From contig JAJDCD010000025.1 in NCBI GenBank assembly GCA_029261035.1, positions 66,926 through 130,925 on the forward strand: a DNA stretch of 64,000 nucleotides, in the 5' to 3' direction. This DNA comes from Candidatus Omnitrophota bacterium. Lineage in GTDB: Bacteria; Omnitrophota; Omnitrophia; Omnitrophales; JACROU01. Shown here piece after piece: positions 57,215 to 64,000 of this stretch (positions are counted from its first letter, which is position 1; the number at the start of each line of letters is the position of its first letter). Under the pieces are notes generated by a model that was not told the DNA's origin, made no database searches, and saw only the letters and a program-made list of their open reading frames with translations. Made by a program: the position numbers and the translations under genes.

Positions 57215-57660
57215 AAAACATCTCGATGCTTTGTCATAATTTGTTTTTTTAACTCTTCTACCTGTTCTTCAATTAAATCAGATGGAGGCTTCTGAGATTC
57301 CATAGCAGCATTCGCAACAGAAAGCTCTATAATCTCTCTCGCTTTCTCCTCCGCTTTTTTATCTATAAATGCAGCAATATCTTCTTTGGGAACAAGTTGA
57401 ATTAACAGCTCACAATTCAAACCTTCTGCAATTTTTTTTAACGTAGAAAGTCTCGGATCCACAGACTCATTCTCCACACGAGATAACATCATCTGCTCTC
57501 CATGAACTCGCTTAGCTAATTGCACCTGAGTCATTCCAAGTGCCTTTCTCATCAACTTCAACTGCCGACTCACAGCCTGCCTCAACGCAAGCCACTGCGG
57601 CAACTCCCCAACCGTATGGTACTTTCCACTAAATCGAACTAACTCTCTCTTGGTTTTCAT
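57199..57660 (-). CDS. XRE-family HTH protein (mobile mystery protein A-like)
   Basis: RKALGMTQVQLAKR..SRVE..DPRLSTLKKIAEGLNCEL, MESQ; overlaps the Fic gene; start set at ATG 57660 (AGGTG RBS). Confidence 0.82.
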   Translation of the reverse strand: MKTKRELVRFSGKYHTVGELPQWLALRQAVSRQLKLMRKALGMTQVQLAKRVHGEQMMLSRVENESVDPRLSTLKKIAEGLNCELLIQLVPKEDIAAFIDKKAEEKAREIIELSVANAAMESQKPPSDLIEEQVEELKKQIMTKHRDVLWREN

Positions 57661-57791
57661 ATCTCTCACCTCTATATAATTATAATACATATATGATATA
57701 TTTCAATATATATTTATATATTTTAATACTTCCCATATGGGCCCGGGCCTGAATGAGGAGGGCCTGAACGAGGTGCTAAATAGAAGAAAAG

Positions 57792-57830
57792 GTCATTGAG
57801 AGGCTTTAACAAAAGAGCCGCGGCAATCTC
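57792..57830. repeat. REP-like unit (GTCATTGCGAG family variant)
   Basis: GTCATTGAGAGGC..GCCGCGGCAATCTC. Confidence 0.75.
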
Positions 57831-57841
57831 GGGGAATTGGA

Positions 57842-57895
57842 TAAAGGGGACAGGCAACTTTTCTATTTGTTAAAAAAAGTAGCCTGTCCCCTTTA
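57842..57895. repeat. GGGGACAG-type palindrome or terminator overlapping the stop codon of the 1986-aa gene
   Basis: TAAAGGGGACAGGCAACTTTT...AAAAGTAGCCTGTCCCCTTTA. Confidence 0.7.
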
Positions 57896-60800
57896 CGCTG
57901 CCGCCGCTACAAGCTCTTCAGCTTGGAACTGGGCATACACCTTATTTAATAGGGTTGTAATGAAACTGGCCCCAATAACCCATTCTTGACCATCAGGCTT
58001 GAAGCCGGCTTTGAGAAAAAGCTCCTCTCGAAGATCAGGGTAATTGGCTAATTGACGTAAGAGGGCTACGACCTGGACAGGATCTACTCCATTACCTGAC
58101 AACACTTCTAAGTCAAGACGTACTCGATCTCCGTTACTGAAAATCATCTGGAATACATTTTCGTTTGGACTCACCCAAATACCTGGCACCTCATATTTTC
58201 TTAATGAAGCTCTAAAAATTTCTGGATTCAAAAGCTCTCGACGCACATCTTTAAGTTTAAATTGTTTTCCAGGTAACTTATATAGAGCTTGAAGAAACTC
58301 CGGCTTACCTCTCCCCTCCCACGTTACCATCAACAAATCTTTTTTCTGCATCATGCTATTAAACTGAGATGCACTTCTTTCAGGGTCGTCCACATGACTT
58401 AAAATGATGTCATCCACGATCAGTGGAATGGGTTTATTGACTTCAGCTTCTAGCAACCCCGAAACTTCCAAAGATAAATATTGAGTCATCACCTCTAAGG
58501 ATTGATTAAAATCTATAATACGAGGATCTATGATTCGATCTACTGTATCTTCCAAAACTCCCATACGAATAAGTAAACTTTTAATAACCTCTAATGGAGA
58601 ATTTGGCATAAATAAGATTTGCCCTGCAAAGGCTTGAGCAACTTGAATCATTCCTTCAACCGAAACATCTCGCGCTTTAATTTGAGTTAAAGCAGGTTCT
58701 GCTCCCAAACTCTGCGCTTCAGCTCTGAGCCATTCTTCTTCCGGACCACTCAGTTCGTTCGCCTCATCTCCAGACTCTCGTTTCCATAATTCTGATAAAG
58801 TTTTTAACTGGTTTATAACTAAATCAAATCCTATACCTTCCTCTTTTTCTAGAATCATCAAAACCTCTTCCCCTCTTTTTGCTTTGATTAAATTTGCTCC
58901 ATATTTACCCTCAATAAACCATCTTAAAAAATTATTTTGAAAATCAACTTTTTTACTAATATCCTTCTCAGCTAACAACGTATCAAAAATAACAGAAAAA
59001 GCTTTTTCAATTCTTTCCAACTGTTTTAGTTTTTTATTTTCATCTAATACTGAAGGCATAGCTAAGAAAAGAAAAACCACTAAGGGTAAATAGCGCTTTT
59101 CTTCTTTGGCCAACCTTATAATTTGATCTCTCAAAAATGAGTCTGTTGCATATCCAAATTGAACCATCTCAGATAGATGGGAAAACACCTTAGGCAAAGG
59201 ATCATCCACATAAGGAACATAAAAACGATATATCAGAATTATAAACTCAATATTAAATATAGGGTGACGAACACCCATTTGTTCTTCTAATAAGATTTGA
59301 TTCCATATATGAATAGCTCCGGATAAACGTCTAGCTCTAACATTGGTCAACAACTCCTTTAAACCATCAAGTAATTCGTCCAAAGAAATGGTCACACGTC
59401 GTTTTGAAATGCTTGTAACCATTTCTTGTATTGCTTTGATAGAGTTTCTTGACAAATCTTTATCATGTTCAGCTATAAACTTCTGCCAAATTCTAAAAGT
59501 GTTAATATCATGAATGAATTTATACTCAAATAATACTTCTAAAAGCCTTAGTATTTCTTCCCCTCTAAAAAAGGTCTCAAATCCAAAAATTTTGGACTCA
59601 GCATCTGGTTTAAAAAATGCTCGTTGAAATTTTTCATCCAGTTTTGTTGACGGGCCTATTATCTGAGTCAAAGAAGAATTATCATACTTTTGTCTTATAT
59701 TCGAGTACGCCCCTAAACTCTGCGCATCCACTCTTAACCACTCAGGTTCCTCTCCTTCTGACTCAATACTTTCGAACGGCCCTTCTTTTCCCCAAACATC
59801 TGCTATTTGCCTTAGCTGTTCTAAAACTTTTTCCTCTCCAACAGCATCTTTTCTTCTTATAATCTCTAAAACCTCCTCCGTTCTAAACATTCCGTTAGAA
59901 CTTACTGTTAATCGTTCCCATACATCTAATCCTAATCTAGGCTCCTCCATACTCTCCATAAAAATCAAATATTCCATTAGAAAATTCGGATCTAATACTC
60001 GGCCACTCCTTTCCACCTGTTCAAGAAAACTACCAACAACTTCAAAAGAAGAAGAAATTGTAAAAATGTCATTCATTTCTACCACCTTACTGAGCCTTTC
60101 CCAGAGATCAGAATGGAGAACATCCTTATCTATCAATTCTTTTTTTATCAAAAAACCTAGGGTTCTTAACAGAGTAAAAGTACTTGTAAAAGAATCCTTG
60201 TTCAAATGAGCAAACCTAAATAATAAATTAATATCCAAAACTTGTTCATCAGCTCTCCCTGACTTCACAGCCACCCCCAACTCTACAAGCTGCTCAAAAC
60301 TGCCCATCTCCCGCAAATCATAATATTGAGCCATTATAATGAACAGTTCCTCATTCCATAATTTTTCTGGAATCCTCTCCTCTGCTATGCCGGTTTCCAT
60401 CCGTAACAAATCCTCTATAAGAGGTTGTATTTCCTTTGAATTCACCTGAACAAGCGCTTCCAAAAAATCTAAATTAAATCTTTCTATCCTTCGTCTTTTC
60501 TCTAGCAGGGAGTCTCCTAACTGTTCGATAGCTTGAAAAGACGTGATTCTATTATCCCTACTCCCTTTACTAACTATTTCAAAAATTCTTTCTATTTTTT
60601 CTAATTCACTTACATCTTTAAAAATTTCTGTTAAAACGATAAATGCCTCCATAGCCGCTTCTTCATCTTCAAGCACTTCAACTAACCCAGAAAAGTCCTG
60701 CTCAAACGCTTCCCACTCCATGTCCAGCCCCTCTAAAAGACCAGCCTCTTCATATCTATCACGAGCTCCTAAACTTTTTGCAGAAATGATGACGGGTGCC

Positions 60801-63800
60801 ACATCAATCAATCTCTCAACTATCCCATCTACTTCTTCCTGAGGGGCTGTAATCATTCTTAACGCTTCAACGGCTCTCGTCTTTAGGTCTGAGCGTATTT
60901 CATTTAAATTTCCGGTTTGACGATTTCTTTGGGTCCATCCAACAACATCGTTTAAGTTGGCTTCTAGATCTTTTTTTGTTTCATCACTCATTTCGTAGAA
61001 TACGTCTGGTGCATCAATCACAAAGCTGCGTCCAAACTCAGCGAAGGCGGATGTGTTTGTGAAGTGAGGAAAAGGAGTTCCTTGCACACGATCTGCAATG
61101 AACACCGTCATTTTAGAGGATTCAATGACAATTCCCGTCCCTACACCATCATCAATCGTAGAAATTTTAAAAGGTCCAACCTTTTTCCACTCTTTTCGCT
61201 TAGCTCTTTCGATTGGAAAATCGGTGCGCACCACATGGGAATGAATTTGGGCTTGGCTCGCTCCTCCCCGTGGAGGGTCTGCAATGTCTTGGTAGTGCCA
61301 GCCATTCATTGCCATTTTAAAACCATTTTGACCAAACTCTTCTTTGGGAATCATCAAGACATTAAAAGAATTTCCTTTTTCTGAAATCAGCTGTGTCGTC
61401 TTCGCAATAAGTGCGGCTAACTGCTGGTCTTCAACAGAGTCAGTTTGTATGACATTACTATTGGTATTCAATTCGTTTACGGCTGTAATAGCGTCCCGTA
61501 TATGTGTTTGTTGATTCCACTCTTTTTGATGAACAACATCGTCTGCTCTAGAAAAAGTCATATGGTACGGTTGGTCTTCGTCATACAAACCTTCTCTTAG
61601 TGGCCAAATGGCATAAGGATTAAACGCAAACCACCATCGATTCCCACTAGGACCCTCCCATCGAAGTCTAAATTGTTTTTCATTTGCTTTCATTCGTTCG
61701 GGGTAAAGCACTTTCATGACAGGTGTGTCTTCGTTGATTTTTTCTTTTTTAACTCCGGTTCGATTGGGTCTTTTTGCTCGTGCCACATTCTGCACAAAAA
61801 TAAACTCTGGATCCTCCTCTAACCCTACAGGCAATCCCCCTAGATAGGTTTTAGGAGATTCTTCTTCTGGAAAATAAAGTGCGTATTCCACTGTGTTTCC
61901 ATCTTCCATAATTTTTAAAAAATCTCTTCTTGATTTATCCATTTGTAAATTTAAAAAAGCTCTAACAGCATCCGACAAATACTGGAAATAATTTGCCCTT
62001 AATTCCGGCTCTCCTGGAACAAAAGGACTAACCGACTGCACTCTTAATGAAGCGTTCTGTCTAAGCGCTTCAAACGCTAGTACAATGTTTTTAATAATAA
62101 AATTGCTATTACTAACAGGAGCTCCCAGCGAAGCCGCTGAACTCAAATAATCATTACTAAAATCAATAGGAGCTGGTGTTGCAAGCGTTAACGCCACAAC
62201 AGCTTCTAACACTCTTTGTTTTCTATCTTTAGAATACCTCGAATGCATCCCACTTAAATCCAAAGATAAAGGCGCTCCTATGTTCGATTCGGAGATTTTA
62301 TTTAAAGTAGGAATAATTGATTTCAAATAAAGGTTACGACTATAATCAAAAGCTTCTATTTGTGGAGAGAGCGAGACAACGGAATACCCTTTCTTGCCAA
62401 GCAAGTCTTGAACCCCTTCACTATGAAAACCTCCTGTTATCAAAATTCCCCTATCCTCTTTTCTTGTTTTCATATGTTTAAGCATTCGTTGAACAAACTC
62501 ATTCTCTCTTTTCTCTGCCAAAACATAGAACTGGTGTGCTTTTTTGAAGAGAAGCATCATGGATTCCGTAGATTTAAAAAACGTCTTTTCTTGCAATAAT
62601 TTTTGAACATCTAATTGTAGCTGGAGTGGTACAGGACGAAGGCTTTCTTTGAAGAGCGTCGTATATTCTTCTCTATTTAATTCCAAAATCAAAAATCGTT
62701 TTAGAGAAAGGTAGAGTTGGTTCAGTTGCATGATATTCTTTTCTTCTGCTGTGCTGGTCAATTGAGCCGCTAGCATGTTTTCTAATAACCTAAGCTCTTC
62801 AAACAAACCTTGTGAATTAATTTCGGATTCGAGAATCTGATACTGAACCCATCGTGAAAAAGCCTCTAATTTAGGTGTTTCAACCCCTTTTTCCATAAGC
62901 TGCTCTACAACTTCTTCAAATAAAAACCGTGGGAACTTGATCTCACTCTCTACCCCTTCTCTCATACGATTAAGCCAAGTCTCAAATTGGGAATACAGTG
63001 ACGCACTTAAGTGAGGTTGAATACTTTCTAAAAACTGATTTGATTCTTTAAATGCTAAACTGAAATTAACTTTAGATTCGATAGACTTCATCGAAAACAA
63101 TCGAACAAGGTTAGGGTAATCTAATTGGTGGACGGGATCATCAAAGTTAATTTGAAGTGCTTTTTGACTGTACTTCTTTAAAGTTTCCAAATAAGAATAA
63201 AGGTAATCTGAATCTTTATGATACTTACGCCATTCCTTTACATAAAGTTTAAGTTCATTAGAAAAATAACGATTTTCTAATTGCATTAGTTTTATTTCCA
63301 CATCCTTCATCCATTCGGATGACATGGATTGGTTTTCTATCACATATTGAAACAACTGAAGGTCCTCATTGTAAATTTGAGAATCTTCAACTCCAAAAGC
63401 TTCAATGGGCTGAGCATTTTCTTGAGAAAGCAAAAACATCTCTGCGCCTGTAACAACTCCTTCCTGCATGAGTTGATCCGCCACTTCTAAATTAAATTTT
63501 TTATTCGGAGAAAAATGAAACAAGGAGGGATCTAACTTCTCTGTCCCTGCCTCTAAATACAACGTGGAGACTTCTTGAGACTCCGTAAGGACTTGCACCA
63601 TTTTTTCTATTTGTTTTTGCGCTTGATAATTACTGTGGACATCTTGGATATGAAAAACAATACCTTTGGGTTTGTCTGGCACATTAGAATAAGTCACCCT
63701 TCCTAACTCGGGTGGCATCACATCAGAAAAAAGAGAGGTTGTGGAAGAAGTTTGACGTAGAACTTCTCTAGGTTGCGGTGCTTGCGCCCACAAACAGCTG

Positions 63801-63853
63801 TTGAACGTAAATACAACTGCTACTATAAGTGTAGTCAGCTTATTAAAATTCAA
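57893..63853 (-). CDS. Large (1986 aa) secreted modular protein, paralog of the 4668-aa protein
   Basis: TTG start, signal peptide, IQDVH/LEA/KRE/TGGFH N-terminal domain, 4 AxSLG motifs, HIT-like module, two related helical modules; ends LVAAAA. Confidence 0.9.
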   Translation of the reverse strand: MNFNKLTTLIVAVVFTFNSCLWAQAPQPREVLRQTSSTTSLFSDVMPPELGRVTYSNVPDKPKGIVFHIQDVHSNYQAQKQIEKMVQVLTESQEVSTLYLEAGTEKLDPSLFHFSPNKKFNLEVADQLMQEGVVTGAEMFLLSQENAQPIEAFGVEDSQIYNEDLQLFQYVIENQSMSSEWMKDVEIKLMQLENRYFSNELKLYVKEWRKYHKDSDYLYSYLETLKKYSQKALQINFDDPVHQLDYPNLVRLFSMKSIESKVNFSLAFKESNQFLESIQPHLSASLYSQFETWLNRMREGVESEIKFPRFLFEEVVEQLMEKGVETPKLEAFSRWVQYQILESEINSQGLFEELRLLENMLAAQLTSTAEEKNIMQLNQLYLSLKRFLILELNREEYTTLFKESLRPVPLQLQLDVQKLLQEKTFFKSTESMMLLFKKAHQFYVLAEKRENEFVQRMLKHMKTRKEDRGILITGGFHSEGVQDLLGKKGYSVVSLSPQIEAFDYSRNLYLKSIIPTLNKISESNIGAPLSLDLSGMHSRYSKDRKQRVLEAVVALTLATPAPIDFSNDYLSSAASLGAPVSNSNFIIKNIVLAFEALRQNASLRVQSVSPFVPGEPELRANYFQYLSDAVRAFLNLQMDKSRRDFLKIMEDGNTVEYALYFPEEESPKTYLGGLPVGLEEDPEFIFVQNVARAKRPNRTGVKKEKINEDTPVMKVLYPERMKANEKQFRLRWEGPSGNRWWFAFNPYAIWPLREGLYDEDQPYHMTFSRADDVVHQKEWNQQTHIRDAITAVNELNTNSNVIQTDSVEDQQLAALIAKTTQLISEKGNSFNVLMIPKEEFGQNGFKMAMNGWHYQDIADPPRGGASQAQIHSHVVRTDFPIERAKRKEWKKVGPFKISTIDDGVGTGIVIESSKMTVFIADRVQGTPFPHFTNTSAFAEFGRSFVIDAPDVFYEMSDETKKDLEANLNDVVGWTQRNRQTGNLNEIRSDLKTRAVEALRMITAPQEEVDGIVERLIDVAPVIISAKSLGARDRYEEAGLLEGLDMEWEAFEQDFSGLVEVLEDEEAAMEAFIVLTEIFKDVSELEKIERIFEIVSKGSRDNRITSFQAIEQLGDSLLEKRRRIERFNLDFLEALVQVNSKEIQPLIEDLLRMETGIAEERIPEKLWNEELFIIMAQYYDLREMGSFEQLVELGVAVKSGRADEQVLDINLLFRFAHLNKDSFTSTFTLLRTLGFLIKKELIDKDVLHSDLWERLSKVVEMNDIFTISSSFEVVGSFLEQVERSGRVLDPNFLMEYLIFMESMEEPRLGLDVWERLTVSSNGMFRTEEVLEIIRRKDAVGEEKVLEQLRQIADVWGKEGPFESIESEGEEPEWLRVDAQSLGAYSNIRQKYDNSSLTQIIGPSTKLDEKFQRAFFKPDAESKIFGFETFFRGEEILRLLEVLFEYKFIHDINTFRIWQKFIAEHDKDLSRNSIKAIQEMVTSISKRRVTISLDELLDGLKELLTNVRARRLSGAIHIWNQILLEEQMGVRHPIFNIEFIILIYRFYVPYVDDPLPKVFSHLSEMVQFGYATDSFLRDQIIRLAKEEKRYLPLVVFLFLAMPSVLDENKKLKQLERIEKAFSVIFDTLLAEKDISKKVDFQNNFLRWFIEGKYGANLIKAKRGEEVLMILEKEEGIGFDLVINQLKTLSELWKRESGDEANELSGPEEEWLRAEAQSLGAEPALTQIKARDVSVEGMIQVAQAFAGQILFMPNSPLEVIKSLLIRMGVLEDTVDRIIDPRIIDFNQSLEVMTQYLSLEVSGLLEAEVNKPIPLIVDDIILSHVDDPERSASQFNSMMQKKDLLMVTWEGRGKPEFLQALYKLPGKQFKLKDVRRELLNPEIFRASLRKYEVPGIWVSPNENVFQMIFSNGDRVRLDLEVLSGNGVDPVQVVALLRQLANYPDLREELFLKAGFKPDGQEWVIGASFITTLLNKVYAQFQAEELVAAAA

Positions 63854-63939
63854 TAGAACGCCCCATATTTAATAGTTTTATAAACAATTTAACTATATCA
63901 CATTTAAACAATGCCTTCAAAGTGGTAAAGGGAACCTCT

Positions 63940-63971
63940 TGTCATTCCCGAAATCTTTTATCGGGAATCCA
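63940..63971. repeat. REP-like unit
   Basis: TGTCATTCCCGA..TCGGGAATCCA, near-identical ends to 26189-26220. Confidence 0.75.
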
Positions 63972-64000
63972 TGACAAATTGAATATCTCTCTTCTTTAAT

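Noticed and set aside
1780-62599. The many short plus-strand ORFs in the ORF track
   Set aside because: Nearly all are antisense shadows of well-supported minus-strand genes or derive from repeats, with no recognisable motifs.
1-64000. tRNA, rRNA or tmRNA genes
   Set aside because: No cloverleaf or T-loop consensus and no rRNA-like segment was found in the short intergenic spaces by eye.

Overview
AT-rich bacterial chromosomal segment in which essentially every real gene lies on the minus strand. It holds a lipid A/Kdo/LPS-core cluster (waaA, lpxK, an LpxL-ELM1 fusion, GT4 and five GT9 domains), xerC, thiS, dprA, shikimate genes with pilD, ilvBNC-leuA, a glycogen debranching enzyme, uvrB, nadC, an rRNA pseudouridine synthase, valS, a small GIY-YIG nuclease, hom-thrC-apgM-lysC-cimA and an HTH/Fic (mobile mystery protein A/B-like) pair. 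Gene content and the giant ORFs suggest a PVC-group diderm, most likely Omnitrophota (inference only). The most notable feature is two paralogous giant proteins (4668 aa and 1986 aa). They share a TTG start with a similar 5' leader, a signal peptide, a ~540-aa N-terminal domain whose motifs match the ChaN/EreA/TraB(TIKI)/RRSP hydrolase-peptidase fold, and a C-terminal ...L-x-x-A-A end. Between these ends lie unrelated cargo modules (membrane-hairpin repeats, LRR, kinase-like, SelO-like, CheR-like, HIT-like), separated 14 times by the peptide motif [A/G]-x-S-L-G, which is conserved in protein but not in DNA. This fits a hypothetical self-processing, secreted effector polyprotein system. Intergenic regions carry several families of REP-like palindromes, including an inverted pair bracketing the GIY-YIG gene, nested heptamer arrays, and a two-copy structured element with covarying stems. 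Domain calls are motif recognition by eye; no searches were run.
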